Assembly: GCA_964016885.1 (NCBI GenBank)
Contig: OZ024741.1
Span: forward strand, 140,058,001-140,122,000
Length of the DNA stretch: 64,000 nucleotides
Source of the DNA: Eledone cirrhosa
Taxonomy: Eukaryota
Direction of reading: 5' to 3'
The translations under genes and the position numbers were made by a program. Positions 43,326-63,004 of this stretch are shown in pieces. Numbering within the stretch: the first letter of the stretch is position 1; the number at the start of each line of letters is the position of its first letter. The notes below the pieces were generated by a model. That model had not been told where the DNA came from. It made no database searches and was given only the letters and a program-made list of their open reading frames with translations.

Positions 43326-45072
43326 TCTTACGCTCTATTTCTAGCTGGAGAGAAATAGAATCTGGCAAGTTCAAATAGCCAATGTGACGACGGCCCCACA
43401 ATAACTCGAGCAGGAGCTAACGTCCCCTGAAGTGCATAGCATAGATAGTAGTATTTAGTATTATAGAAATTCATATTTGCATTTTATCTTCTGCACGATT
43501 TGTGTATTTGGACAATTTGATTCTATGGTATGAATGTATATCAATTGCTGTAGTAACAAATTTACATTAACGACTTTAAATCCCCGTGAGAAAAAGCAGC
43601 GTAAGACAGTTGGATTTATCCAGGAAAATAAATATATTTGAACAGCGTAAATTGTATTTACCGAATGAATGTCTGTTCTCATGAATATACCTTTGTCTAA
43701 GTCCACATTCTCCTGATATTGCTTTTACTCATCACATCTACAGGCAACAAGACGTCGTATTATACAATAATCTTCCCCTGCTTAATTATCTCTCTCACGA
43801 TATGTGGGGTGATATCTCCTTCTATGTTGTCATCTAAGTCTAAATTCTCCTGATAGTATATCGTATCACACATAACATCTCGCGTGCTTACGTATCAGAC
43901 CCTAAATAAGTAGCGTCACATCTCTGAGGATTTCTTATTCGAAGAAATTACCTGCAAACTCGTTTAAAATACTGGATTATCTTTGGATTGTTTCTTCTTA
44001 ATTTTCACGACATATATGAGACCATGTTTTGCCCATCAATCACGGCGAATGATATTAAATATTTCAGTCACAATATAATGTACACACACGCGCGCGCACC
44101 CCCCCCCCACACACACACAAATACATATATATATGTGTATGTGTGTTTGTGTGTGTATCTCTGTGTGTGAACTGACCTATAATAAAGCAAATAAGATATT
44201 TTTTGATACTTTCAAATTCCATTGTAATCCATCAAAATCAATGATATTCTAAACCAACATTTCTTTCTACGTAACAACACTCTTGCAGTTATATACTGTA
44301 AATTAAAGGGTCAAAATACATTTCCGGTTGATTAGCTTAGTAGTTTATTTTTCTAAGACATGAAACTGTTTACTATGTTCAGCTATCGGACGTGACATAC
44401 TATTGTAAAAACAAAAAGGTTTCTCTAGTAACTTCATCAAGCGTGTTGTCCATATAACTTTTCATAAATAATATTCAAATAAGTACAAATTATTTTTTTA
44501 TTGTTATTGAGGAAATGCTCACTCCCTAATACACATATGAATATAAATCTCGCAATAAACAATTCAAAAGTATTTCTGTTTATTGAATTGGAAAAGATCG
44601 GATTATTACATTCCGTTACGCGTTTATTTACTGTATTTTCAATTGCAAGTTATATGTATGTGTGTGAGAGAGAGAGTTTGTGTGTGTGTAAATGGCTGTG
44701 TGTGTGTGCAGGTATATGTGTGAGAGCGCACGTGTGTGTACTTGGGTGAAAGTGTGCGTGTGAGTATATGTGGTTGTAATTAAAACTAAGACGAATCCTT
44801 AGCATGTAAGTTCGAAGTGTATAGGTTTATGGTATTCTAACGCGGTCATAACTCACACAGAATTACGCATGGCCTCTCTTGTACCTTAAGCTCGTTAATT
44901 CAACAATGAAGAAGTAATCCTTCAGCCTTCTTTTCCCCACGAGAACTAGTATCTATAGATGCAAGCATAGGTTATGTTTCTCTTCTGTGTTTCAGATCAT
45001 GGTTGCAATAAATGAGGAATTTATATTGTACGAAATTGTCTATGTTATTATATGCTACTTATTATAGGCCAT

Positions 45073-45191
45073 TCTGAGTTCAAATCCCGCCGAGGTTAAC
45101 TTTGCCTTTCATCCTTACGGGGTCGATAAAATAAAGTACCAGTAATACACTGGGTATTTGCTGGCCTTGTGCCTAAAGTAGAAACAGTTAT
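45073..45191 (+). mobile_element. 5'-truncated SINE (family 1) with 8-bp TSD TTATAGGC
   Basis: Matches the 3' two-thirds of the other copies. TSD at 45062-45069 and 45188-45195. Confidence 0.85.
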
Positions 45192-47619
45192 AGGCTACTT
45201 TCTTGCTGATTGTCATCTCTTTTCCATCGCTCAGTTAATCACAATGCGACTTCAATAAACATAGCCTATCTCTTTCATTAAAATCAAATCCATATCCAAT
45301 GCTGGCAATGTTAACATGTACTGCTACATACTACCTAAACCCAATGAATCCTTTTACTCAATGAGGTAAAACATGTTTCCATATAGCTTACACCTTACCT
45401 ATTGTTACAAGCTGCCTGAACTTGCAAATATTTTCAACTGCATTAAATATAAGTTTTTAGAGGAAATTCACTAATGGAATTTGCTTATCACTTATAGTCT
45501 CTTGTATTACGTGTTCAAAGATGGTAATTTTTAGGTAATTGATTTTACATCTTACAATAACACAAAGACCAATGGGTATAAAGTTGTTTCTCAAAAGGCA
45601 AAAACGTGACTTGTAATGTTCAGGCATTCATCGCATGAGGATTGACAGGGGTATTATCATATAATAATGTATTTTAAATATAACTCTATTTTGTTCATAG
45701 TGCTTTTCTGATTGACAAAAATAGGCCTTGAACTCATCTTCATAAAACTATTTTGTTTACACCCGAATTTGTATTTCAGTGACAGAGAGATAGTATTACT
45801 CGGTGGTTTTAACTGAGATGTCTAGGATTTTGAATAAGGTTTACATTGTTTTCGATTAAAATAATTTCAGTGTTTCCTCCCATTAAAGTTGGGCTTTTCT
45901 CTTTCTAATGACATGTTATTATCGCCAATCACGTCCAAAATCTAACGGTTTTGAAAAGATTAACACCATCATATTTCTTTTATTATTTTCCTTTTACAAT
46001 TTTTCAAAATGTCTGTATACACCTGTTACAGTTTCTTGATCTGCACTCCCCAGCTTATCTTTTAATGTTAACAGCTCCCTATAAAATCCCTATTGCCTGT
46101 CATTTCAGTGTTTCCTGTTAAAAGTGGAGTGTATATACTGAGTTAAATGCTGGTCTAAGGCAGAGAACGATACATATTAATAAGCAGCTTTCTGTGTCGA
46201 TCATACTTACTCTTCCGTTTCTAGTAGAATCTATTGCAGTTAAAATTGTCAACATCTGCCCATTATTCTTATAACCATCAGCTAGTCTCAAAATGGTTCA
46301 TATTTCTAATTCGTTCATTCCAAATGATGCCACAATATTCGTCGCTCACGTTCGTGTCTTTCGATTGTTTCAACTGTTTGCTCGAAAAATGATAACTTCA
46401 ATCTTTTGTTTGCATCCACTCTGTAATTCTTCCACTCGTTTAAAAGTTTTAAATATTTCAAATTTAGAAATTCTTTCACTACAAATTGATTCTACCTTGA
46501 GAGGTGATAAGGGTGCATGTCAAATGAATTGTCTCTCCTTTTGAGACTCATTTGGTTGGAAGGTGTCATGCTCCTCAACCCCCGCTTCCTAAGGTGACAT
46601 CCTCGATAAAGCGCCGCCGGCAGTTGCTTGAACAGGTGAAATTCACACCATATAGAATATAAAGTTAATACATACAGTGTTAACTCAAAATAATGAGCTA
46701 GCATAAACTACAGCAACATCTATGTTGTCTGATATACATGTCAGAATACGCATGTGAAATATATTAGGCAATTCGAATATCAATATAAACGTCAATTTGC
46801 TGTAAAAACAGCCATTAAGTGTAAGGTATTTGAACTCCTTATTACAAAAAAACAACAGCAAACACGTCAGCTTACTAGTACATAGACATCAGTAACTTTC
46901 ATATATTATACACAGAAATTACATGACTTTAAATTCATAGTCTAGCATATAAATAAATATGGTCATTTTCTAGTTTTTCTTGACAGGCAGTAGATTCAAA
47001 AAAATGACAGGAAGAATATAAAGATTAGTAATCCATGCATAAAATGAAGAAAGAACGTTATATACGGAAAAGCAATATACTGATGAATGCGTGATCATCC
47101 TGATCAAAATATTCAACATCCCACAACAAAGAACGACTGACCAGATACGCGTGAAGCGATAACTACTAAAGCAAATACAATAATTTTCGATTATTTCCTA
47201 GGCTGCCGTAATATATCAAAACCATTGATCTTCCTTCCACCATGATACACTCTCTTTTAAGTAACCCTCTTGCAGTTGCATGAAGACATAAAAGAAATAA
47301 TAATATTTACGCTGGTCAGCTCCAGAACGTGACTTACTGAGATAAAAACAATGCCATATCTTGTGTAATTTCACCAGGCGTGTCGCTCATGAAACATTTC
47401 ATAAATAATATTTAAGTGCGCACAAGTTCTTTTTATTCTATTACTGGTGGCATTTTCTATCCATAACAAAGTTATGAATGCAAATATTTCCATAAATAAT
47501 TCTCAGCTATTTCCATTAATTTCATCAAACGTGGATTGAATTTCCTATGGTTATAAGATTTCGTGTAGTTTCAATTGCAAAATATATTCGATCGAAATAC
47601 TCTTGTATATATATATATA

Positions 47620-47890
47620 CTTCGTTTTTGAAATTGTTTTGCAAGACTTCTTATCTGAAAACGTGTGTTGAAACAGATATTGTAATAATTTGGGAGGGTC
47701 ATGCTGCCAATTAAAACAGACGCACCTGTTGGTTTTCACTTAAATTCACTATACATTTCCGGATGGCGGTTCAATAACCGGGAGGTTGTTTATATATTGT
47801 CAAAGCTCTTTTGTCAGGCATTCTGTTACCTCCTCAGTGACAGATGTCTTATTTAGTGTCTCTCCTTTGTTCTACACTATCTTATCTATG
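47620..47890 (-). mobile_element. Solo Penelope-like pLTR (family A) with degenerate hammerhead at 47798-47842
   Basis: Matches 10918-11105 and 10040-10100. UGUCA-CUGAGGA-G...GAC-AAAA-GAGC-UU-UGACA (GAAA mutated). Confidence 0.65.
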
Positions 47891-47891
47891 T

Positions 47892-48230
47892 GCATGGCTT
47901 AGTGTTTAGATCATTGGGCTTGCAAACGGAAGGTTGTGATTTCTATTCTCGAACCGGCTGATACGTTGTCTCCTTGAGCAAGACACCTTATTTCACGCTT
48001 CACCAGTTTACTCAGCTATAGGAATGAGTTGCAACGTCCCTAGTGTCAAGCTGTATCAGCTTTTGCCTTTCCCTTGGACTTCAGCGATGGCGCGGAGAAG
48101 GGAGACTGGTGTTCATGGGCGACTTCTGGTCTTCCACAAACACCCACGACCGGACTTATACCTCGGAGCGAAACTTTCTAAATGCAAATCCCATAGTCAT
48201 TCATGACTGAACGGGGTCTTTACCCTTTTT
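47892..48230 (+). mobile_element. tRNA-derived SINE (family 2)
   Basis: TGGCTTAGTG A-box, degenerate B-box, central TCCTTGAGCAAGACAC motif typical of conserved SINE body domains. Confidence 0.65.
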
Positions 48231-48346
48231 TTCTACTCTCCCTCAAGTCTCAAGTATAGAATATAGACACACACACACACAGACGCACGCGCACACACAC
48301 ACACAGACACAAACACACACACACACACACATACATATATATATAG

Positions 48347-48960
48347 GGCGGGTAATATTCCCGAGATGAGTTCTCTCCAGCGGTCTCAGTCCCTCATATT
48401 CACTGACATGTCCTGCGTCTCCAAGAGACTAGTGTCTGTCCTTAGGGCATCAACATATGTTAACCACGGCCTTCCTCTTCTAGTGTGTCCATGCAGAGGC
48501 TCCCACAGGAGCACTGAGTGCAGTGTCCACTCCGGATGTCGTGAGCATGTCCAGCTAACATCAGTCTTCTCTCTACTACTTTCTAGCTGACATTTGGGAG
48601 GCTCCCGAACAGCTATGAGATGTTTATCCTCGGTATATACTGATTAATGTTCAGAGCCATCCTCAGCATTCTCGTGTAGCACCCATCCACCATCTGAGTG
48701 ATTTTACTGGTCAGTGTTCAAGTCTCAGCCCCGTACAGCAGCACAGACTCCACTACACCAACGATGAGACAGATCTACAGGTCTTTACGAAGTTCCAACT
48801 TCCACACCGATCTCAAACTGAGGCACGCCACCCAGGCTTTGCTCTTCCTCTCGACTACATCATCTTCTGTATTCCCAATATTTGCTCCCAGATACAGGAA
48901 GTCCTCAACCAATTCTAGCGGCTTTCCGCCTACAACAGTAACCTTCTTTGGCTTCTTAAT
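48347..48960 (-). mobile_element. Decayed 3' fragment of an RTE-group LINE
   Basis: Homologous to 57978-58265. Minus strand encodes DFLYLG and LLWEPLHGHTRRGRP-like peptides. Confidence 0.75.
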
Positions 48961-49056
48961 ATTCTCTACCAGATATATATTATAAACATGAATTCTACAA
49001 GACTAGGGCTGCTGTTTTTAACTGTGAACACCCTCGATATAGATTGGGAATCCAGC

Positions 49057-49097
<41 letters not shown>

Positions 49098-49329
49098 TTG
49101 TGTGTCTGTGTGTGTGTGCGTGTATGTGTGTGTGTGTGTGTGTGTGTGCGTGTGTCTGTCTGTGCGTGTGTGCGCGTGTGTGCACGTGTGCGTGTATGTA
49201 TGTTTGTTTGTGGCGTGTATTTACATATATATATATACATACATATATATGTTACTGTTATAAAATATATACGCCCTACATTCGTGCTTAAATGGTTACC
49301 AGTTTGAGCTTGAATCACAAAGATTAAAG

Positions 49330-51115
49330 ATTGTCTCACTTAGTAACAATTTACCCCTGCGTATGTATGTCATAATGATCTAAAAGACAACATGGATACA
49401 CCCGATGTCGAAACGTGGACACATCTTCCATTATATCATTACCAGGCAGACAGACCTCCAGATTTGCTCTGTATGAGTAATGCAGAATGAGCGTGGCAAG
49501 ATGAAGGTGCAGCTCAGAAGAAAACTGAGGGCAGCAGGGTTTCAAGTGCCTTAACGTATAGATGTAGCCAAACTGCAAAATGTCGAAATGCGAGATGTTC
49601 ATTAAAATGCACTTGACAATGTCATCTTTGATGGATATTGGGAAGAGTTTAAAACACAGGTTTAAAGTGTTGAGGTTGATGCACTTAGTCTTAAGAAGAC
49701 AAAACAGGAGACTGGTTTGATGACAATGATGTTGCAATCACCACGCTCATTGAAGAGACGAAAAGCTATATGAGAAGTGTCTTGATACAGAGGGTCCAAT
49801 GAGCTCCTCGTTTGAGAAAGCCTTCAAAGAAGCAAAATCAAAACACCAATGTAAAACACGAAAGATAAAGAACAACTGGTAGTCTGAAGTTTCAGTGGTG
49901 ATGCAGAGGGCTTATAACTGCATAGATTTGAAAGCATTATACAACACAATAAGGCATGTTAACAGAAATGTTAAATGATCCAAATCCTGATGAAAGAAGG
50001 TCAACTAAGATATAAATATAGGGAAATGTCTGTTGAGCTGAATCGCTTTGGAGGAAACAATGTTTCTATGGCTTTTCATGGGCTAGTTTTATTTTATGTC
50101 GTGGTGGCCTGTCGCGCAAGACTTGGAAGATGCAATTTTGCCCTCGATTTAAATGCAACGATTCCAAGTCAGAATTCGGTGATTACTGTGGTATAGGTCT
50201 GCTCAAATCGGTAGGAAACGTCTTATCAAAGGTCTTGCTATATCATCTAGTAAAATAGATCTGTAATTGTGCCAACCCTGAGACCCTGTGTAGATTCAGA
50301 GCTGGGCGGGGTACTATGGACATGATTCTCTCAGCCCGTAATGTTGTTGGGAGTGTTTTGAGCAACAAGTTCCAATATACATTGTATTTATGGACTTTAC
50401 TGATACCTTCAATATTGTTAAATGTAGTGCATTGTGGAAACGTGGTTGCTTTGGCCTCATGAGTTTGTTGTAATATTCATAAACTTCCATCAAATTATGA
50501 GAGCAAAAGTGAACTTCAATGTGACACTTTCAGATCCAATTTCAATGGAAAATGGCGTCAAGCAACGCGACATACCTGCCCCCCACCCAGTTCTCCATCT
50601 ACTTTGCCATGCTGCTGACACATGTCTTCCAAGGCTTCGAAGTCGGCGTATAATTGCGAATTAAAACCTCTGGCAAAAATCTTTAATCTAAGACGGTTTA
50701 CCACCAAAACCAGCACATTTGGTACTCTTGTGAGTTCCTGTATGCTGATGATGCAGACTTTGTCGCACACGTAGAGGACATGCAGTTGATATTGGATACC
50801 TTCTCCAATTCATGCACTGTGTCTGGGCTAATTATTAGTATAAAAAAGAAAAAGATCCAGTACACTCTACCAGTTGGAAACGTGTATGTAGAGCCAGGCA
50901 TTTCGTGTGAGAAAAAAGCCTTGAGGTAGTGGCCAGCTTTATGTATCTCGAAAGTACACATAGTCGAGATATTACCGTCTATGATGAAATAGGTGAAAGG
51001 ATTGCGAAATTGAGTCTTGCCTTAGGGAAGATGGAGAAGCGAGTCTGGTCAAATGAGGGTATCACGAGAAACACGAAGATCTCTGTGTATGCAGCATGTG
51101 TTAATAAATGCCCTA
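49330..51115 (+). mobile_element. Highly decayed RTE LINE (APE end + RT)
   Basis: Remnants TWIHP, GRGTMDMILSAR, NGVKQRDIPAP, LYADDADF, KISVYAACV, which parallel the 1595-5140 protein. Confidence 0.78.
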
Positions 51116-51121
51116 CTATAA

Positions 51122-52420
51122 GGATATTCCTGATGTGATAGACTTCGATGACGGCAGCCACCTCAACGTATTCGTTGAAGGTAGAAGGCCAAGGTGTGTC
51201 GTTCGTGGCGATGGAAGCCATCTAAAGACCTGCCCTCAAGGGAAGGCTAACAAATTTAGGCCACCTCTCCTGCCTATCCCACCGGCTCAAGCAGAAGACA
51301 CAGCAGCAACAACGGCAGCAGCAACGGCAGCAGCAACTGTAGCAACAACGATAGTATGACCACCACCACCTTCCAAAAGCGTCGTCGATTGCTGGATTGA
51401 CGGACTGGTTAAAGTGCCAGGAGTCTGGTTCGGTCCGGACCTCCAGACGGACAAGAACTGGGACGAGGTGACGAGCAGGGAGGCCTCTCTTACCCAGAAA
51501 TGGGCCGGGAAGAAGCTGTCCCTAAAAGGTCGAGCGGGGGTGGCGTCTGTCATCTACTACCGCCTGGCCGTTGTGCCTATACTAAACCTCACCTGACGGC
51601 GATGGAGACTTTGCTCTTTCGCTTTTTGTGGAAGGGACACGTTCCAATGGTCAGGCGCTTCATCTGCTGTCAACATCCGCTACGTTGAGGGCTGGGCATA
51701 CCGTGGATGATGATGTGTAGACATGCGCTCAGGCTACGGCATCTCCACCTTTTCTTCGGCGGTGAAGAGATGTGGTTGCAGTTCGCTAGATTCGTATTTC
51801 CCCAGCTCATCTCCTTGACGGAGTTGCAGTACTGGGTCAAGCCAAGACCGAGAGGGACCGCTTGGAGATTGGAATGTCTTCAAGCGCTCACAGCCCTCGA
51901 CCAGTTGGGCGAAGCGATAGGTGGAAACTCCAACTTGACGTTCTATAGAGGGTTAGTGGAATGAAAGAGCTACGACGTCCAAGGGAAGAGTCTTGGCGTC
52001 GACGAAAAATCAACTAGCCAATGTCTTTGGGAGAACTTTCGGGCCGGGCCCATGGACATATTCCAGAAATCCCTGACATGGCCGTGATACCGGGGAGCTT
52101 TGCTAGTTCGGGATAAACTCTACAGGCATGGAAGTGCCGTCAGCCGGGCCTGTTCAAAATACGTGCCTGGTGACGATACCGCCCTGCACGCACTCATCCA
52201 TTGTCTGAGCATTGCTGACTTGTGGGTTCATGTCGAACCTCGCGTATCGCGTGTAGGACGGATCTGGATATCAGTTGAGTCCATCGTGAGGATTGTCCCG
52301 CCGCCTACCTTTATCCGGGAAGAGCAGGCTATTTTATTCGCCTGGTGGCCATGGTGAAAGATGTCGTGGGTTTGACGAGCACTTAAATTTCGGCGATGCG
52401 ACACATGTGCGTTCAACAAC
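51122..52420 (+). mobile_element. Decayed L1/Tx1-like LINE fragments (ORF1 zinc-knuckle remnant + post-RT ORF2)
   Basis: VFVEGRRPRC..HLKTCP; PGVWFGPDL..NWDEV..W..KKLSLKGRA..YRL; FLWKG; H..IHC remnant. Confidence 0.65.
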
Positions 52421-52747
52421 ACATTTCTCTCAGTCTTCTTAAGTATTTTGAAGTGAAACTTACCAATTTCTGGATACCTGCAGAAGAGCACAGGAATAGG
52501 AACTTTGACTTAATTGTTGCGAAACAAATTTAAAATTTAAAATTTGAAATGTGTCCAGGTATCAAGGCTATTGCCAATATAGTTTTGTTTTCATTGATTT
52601 ATTATTTTAAATCGAGACAGGCAAACCGTATTATTTTAATTAGTATTATTCAATCTAGCTAACTTGGTCATTTGCGATGCAAACACATGTATACTTGTAT
52701 CAGTGTTTATCCCTAGCATATATTCATTTGTATATATATATATATAT

Positions 52748-57683
<4,936 letters not shown>

Positions 57684-57794
57684 GTATATATACATATATG
57701 TTATATATATACATATATATATGATATATACATATACATATATATATATATATGAAGTATATATACATATATGTTATATATATACATATATAAG

Positions 57795-57826
<32 letters not shown>

Positions 57827-57977
57827 GAAGTATATATACATATATGTTATATATATACATATATAAGATACATATATATACATATATAATATATATATAT
57901 GTATATATATATATATATGATATATATACATATATATATATAATATATATATATGATATATATATACATCTATCTAA

Positions 57978-58265
57978 GGCGGGTAAAATTCCCGAGATCC
58001 ATGGACGAGTTCTCTCCAGCGGTCTCTGTCCCTCATTATCGCTGCCATATCCTGCATCTCCAACAGACCAGTGTCTGTCCTTAGGGCATCAACATATGTT
58101 AACCTTGGTCTTCCTCTTCTAGTGTGTCCATGTAGGGGCTCCCAAAGGAGCACTGAGTGCAATGTCAACTCTGGATGTCGGTGAGCATGTCCAGCCAACC
58201 TCAGTCTTCTCTGTGTCACTTTTGAGCTGACTTTTGGGATGCTCCCATACAGCTCTGAGTTTTTC
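57978..58265 (-). mobile_element. 3' fragment of an RTE-group LINE
   Basis: RRLRLAGHAHRHPE..VLLWEP..G..RGRPRLTYVD.L..D. Confidence 0.8.
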
Positions 58266-58271
58266 ATCCCA

Positions 58272-58304
<33 letters not shown>

Positions 58305-58804
58305 GTGATTATATATGTATATATATATATGTGATATATATATGTATATATATATATTATATATATATGATATATATATATGATATAAGTAATATATATA
58401 ATATATATGATATATATATAAGATATATATGATATATATATATATGATACATATATATATGACATATATATTTGACAAATATATGTGACATGTATATGAT
58501 ATATATATATATGATATATATATGACATATATATATATATATGATATATATATGACATATATATATATATGATATATATGTATATGATATATATATATGA
58601 TATATATATGACATATATATATATATATATAATATATATATATATGATATATATATATATATATAATAAATATATATATAATAAATATATATGATATATA
58701 TAAATGTATCTAAACTATAATAAAGGAAGGTCTGCGGGATTGCATACGGGGTATTTTTTTTTATCCCGTTTGTAAAATAAGCTGGATTACTTTGAATAAA
58801 TAAT

Positions 58805-58984
58805 TGTTTCTACTTTAGGCACAAGGCCAGCAATTAACCAGTACATTACTGGTATTTATTTTATCGACCCCGTAAGGATGAAGGCAAAGTCAACCTCGGC
58901 GGGATTTGAACTCAGATCGTAAAGGGACGTAACTATGCTGGAAAGCATGGCGTCCGACCCTCTACCGATACTGCCAATCCCTTA
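58805..58984 (-). mobile_element. SINE (family 1) with 11-bp TSD GAATAAATAAT
   Basis: TSD at 58794-58804 and 58985-58995. The empty site is visible in the duplicated 5' region at ~59600. Confidence 0.92.
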
Positions 58985-60970
58985 GAATAAATAATGAATG
59001 AATATTACATAATTTATGTACTCAATTTTGTAAACAAAAATAATTTCGTAAAATAAATAATTTCAAATTGACTTCTTTTCAAAGTTGCACTTCCGATATA
59101 TCGTCGCCACCACCTCTCCTTCAACTACTATATATATAGAAAGAGAGAGTTTGTGATGAGAGAGATAGAGAGATTATGATTTTCTACACCTGACGCGTAT
59201 GATTGTGCGCATACATACATCTATATATATAAGTATATAACTATTATGATTATATAACTATAATCGCGCAAGCACAAACTTATAAAAATTCACTCTCGCG
59301 GACATAATTCACACAAATATACATACATTCACACATACTTTCACACAATTATACATACATTCACACAAATATACATACATTCACACATATACTTTCTCAC
59401 AAACATACATACATTCACACATATACATTTACACAAACACACGTACAGTCATGCTAGCGTTCGGTTTAATTGAATATGGGGGGGGGGTATAATAAGTATA
59501 ACGTTTTATTTATGTAATAACTCTTTTTTTAAACTTATCTAAACTATAATACGGTTTCTTTTTGTGTTATCCTGTTTGTAAAGTAAGTTGGACTACTTTG
59601 AATAAATAATAAATGAATATTACATAATTTATCTACTCAATTCCGTAAACAAAAATAATTTCGTAAAAATAAATAATTTTAAATTGATTTCTTTTCAAAG
59701 TTTCACTTCCGGTATTTTGTCGCCACCACCACCACTTCAACTACCATATATACAGAAAGAGATAGTTTGTGATGAGAGAATTAGATAGATTATGATTTTC
59801 TACACCTGACGCGTATGAGAGTGCACATACATACACCTATATGTATGTATGTGTATAACTATTATGATTATATAACTATAATCGCGCAGACACAAATTTA
59901 TAAAAATACACTCTCACGGACATACTTCACATAAATACACATACTTCACACAAATATACATAGATTCACACAAACTTTCACACAAACATACATACTTTCA
60001 CACAAATATACATACATTCACACATATACTTTCACACAAACATACATACTTTCTCACAAATATACATACTTTCACACATACTTTCACACAAATATACATA
60101 CATTCACACAAATATACATACACTCACACAAACATACAGTGAGTGCTTTCAGAATTCGATGACTGTGGTTCGACACATGGGAAAGCCATCTTATTTCATC
60201 ACGGTAACCACTAACCCTAACTAGGATGAAATAAAAAATAGTTTGCATCCTAGTGAAGAACCTAGAGACCCTCCTGATATTTGTGCAAGATCAAGTATGA
60301 CAGCCTCATGGATGACATACTGAAAAAAAATGTCCTAGGAAAAGTTGTGGCTCATTCTGCTACAAAAGAGTGGCAGAAACGAGGCCTCACTCATGCTCAT
60401 ATTCTGCTGATAATAGCTGAAGATAGCAAACCCAAAACTGCTGATGTCATTGATCAGGTAGTGTACTGTGAGATTCCTGAGAAAGAGACGAATCCAATTC
60501 TGCATAAGATCATCACATCCTGCAACATTCATGGCGCATGCGGACAAGCTAATATGATGTGCCCATGTATGGAAGGGCTAGGACAGCAACGCCATTGCTC
60601 AAAAAGTTATCCTAAGGCATTCAAACAAATCACATTTGTTGCCGAAAATTCCTTTCCGGAGTATAGAAGAAGGGATAGACAGCAGTGGTCACACCCAAAC
60701 AATCCAACTTAAAAGTCAAGAATTTACTGTTGATAATCGTTGGATTGTTCCATACAACCCTTTCCTCTCATTGAGATATCAGTGCCACATCAATTGTGAG
60801 GTTGTCCAAAGTGTCAAGGCTGTTAAGTACTTATTATATAAATACATCACGAAAGGTTAAGACAAGATCACTTTCACTATTAAGGATGATCAAGGAAATT
60901 GTGTCAATGCCCAATATGAGATTGAGACCTATATCAATGCACGGTACAACTCAGGCAGTGAAGCATTCTG

Positions 60971-61358
60971 TTAAATCTATAGATTTCCATTACATCATCG
61001 AAAACCGCCAGTTGAAAAGTTGCTTTGCCATTTACCTGGGGAACAAATGGTCGTGTATGAGCGAGGGCAGGAAGAAAGTGTTGTTTCTCGGGGACAGCCC
61101 AATGACTAATTTGACGGAATATTTTCAACTGAATATTAGCGACCCACTGGCACAAAACATATTTAAATCTATAGATTTCCATTACATCATCGAAAACCGC
61201 CAGTTGAAATGTTGCTTTGCCATTTACCTGGGGAACAAATGGTCGTGTATGAGCGAGGGCAGGAAGAAAGTGTTGTTTCTAGGGGACAGCCCAATGACTA
61301 ATTTGACGGAATATTTTCAACTGAATATTAGCGACCCACTGGCACAAAACATATTTAA
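60971..61358. repeat. 192-bp tandem duplication inside the Helitron ORF
   Basis: Units start at 60971 and 61163 and are nearly identical. Confidence 0.93.
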
Positions 61359-62824
61359 GTTTGACAAACAAAAAGTGGCAAAGTAGAAAAAAGGGACATC
61401 TGGATGGTGATCAACAATTTATGAGTGAATCTCTTGGACGCATTCCAATAGTATGTCTCAGTAGATATCAATCTGTATTATATTACCTCAGAATGATCCC
61501 ACATCACAAGGCTGGGTCTACTTCATACAAAGATTTGAGGACAATTGAAGGAGTTGAATTTCCAACATTCCTAAAAGCATGCAGGTAACTTGGTCTGTTA
61601 GATGAAGATGGAGAAAAAGACGAAGCTATGGAAGAAGCCTCATCCATTATGCTTGGTCCTCAGCTGCGAGAGATCTTCTGCACCATTTTATTGTACTACC
61701 TGCCAAATGACCCTCTGCAGTTCTGGAAGAAATGGAAGAATTGTCTTGCAGAGGATATAATGCATGAATGTTATGAGCAAGTCATGTCCATGCAAACCGT
61801 GCAGATTATTCTACAGAAGATCCAACAAAGACTTCAACATGATGGCTTGGATATTCATTCCAACTATGGACTTCCTCGGGCAGACCCAACTATTGTTGTT
61901 ATACCAGAAATCAACAGGGTTCTTATGGCAGAAACTGATTTCAATACACACAAACTGCAAGCAAACATAAATGAACTTCTGCCAACATTGAATCCTGAGC
62001 AACTGGTTACTTTTCACAAAGTAATCAACTCTGTAAATGAAAATGAAGGCAGAATGTTCTGCTTGAATGCAAATGCAGGTACAAGAAAGACCTATGTCAA
62101 ATAACCTATTGGATTACCTCCGATCTAAGGAAAAATTGCACTTACCACTGCCATATCTGGAATAGCAGCCACTTTGCTTCACAAAGGTAGAACTCTTCAT
62201 TCCAAATGCAAGATTCCTCTCAATGTAACTCAGGTAAACCTATGCAGCAAGCTGACCTGCTATTCATTGATGAGATAATTATGGAACATAAGCATATCTT
62301 TGAATGCCTTGACAGGAGCTTCAAAGATGTTCGAGATTGCAAAAAGCCATTTGGTGGTCTAACAGTATTACTATATGGTGACTGGAAGCAAATTCTTCCA
62401 GTTATACGTCATGGTGCTAGACCACAAATAGTTGAGGCAACCATCAAGAGATCCTATCTCTGGGACTATGTGGAAACCATGGAGATGACAACCAATCAAC
62501 GGTTAATTAATAGAGGATTCTGATGAAAGACAGTTTGCAAACTACCTTCTTGGTGTGGGAAATGGTAACATTCCAACTGTTCCAACTGTAGGTGCATTCA
62601 CAATTCTTCTGCCAAATGAACTTTGTCTGGAATATGGCAATGTGTCTGGACTGTGTGATTTTGTGTATACAAATCTTCCAGGAAACTACACACACCCACT
62701 ATGGCTTGCAAATAGAGCCATTATCACTCCAACAAATGATGCAGCAAGATTGGTGAATGAGTTCATGGTCAACAAGTTCCCTAGTCATGAAATAATCTAC
62801 AGAAGCTCTGATACAGTAGATAAT

Positions 62825-63004
62825 TGTTTCTACTGTTTGGCACAAGGCCAGCAATTACCCAGTGCATTACTGGTACTTTATTTTATCGACCCCGTAAGGA
62901 TGAAAGGCAAAGTTAACCTCAGCGGGATTTGAATTCAGAATGACAAGGGCCGTAACTCTATGCGTCAAAGCATGGCGTCCGGCCATCTACCGATACTGCC
63001 AATC
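62825..63004 (-). mobile_element. SINE (family 1) interrupting the PIF1 domain, 11-bp TSD CAGTAGATAAT
   Basis: TSD at 62814-62824 and 63005-63015. Removing it restores SDTVDN-ELQYPIEFINKL. Confidence 0.93.

Noticed and set aside
44975-45035. Possible host exon after a pyrimidine tract ending TTTCAG
   Set aside because: No recognisable protein and no supporting exons; would need RNA-seq
41300-47500. Ancient DNA-transposon or gene remnants in AT-rich unique sequence (also 9000-9800 and 14900-15900)
   Set aside because: No motif recognisable by eye; needs tBLASTx or Dfam
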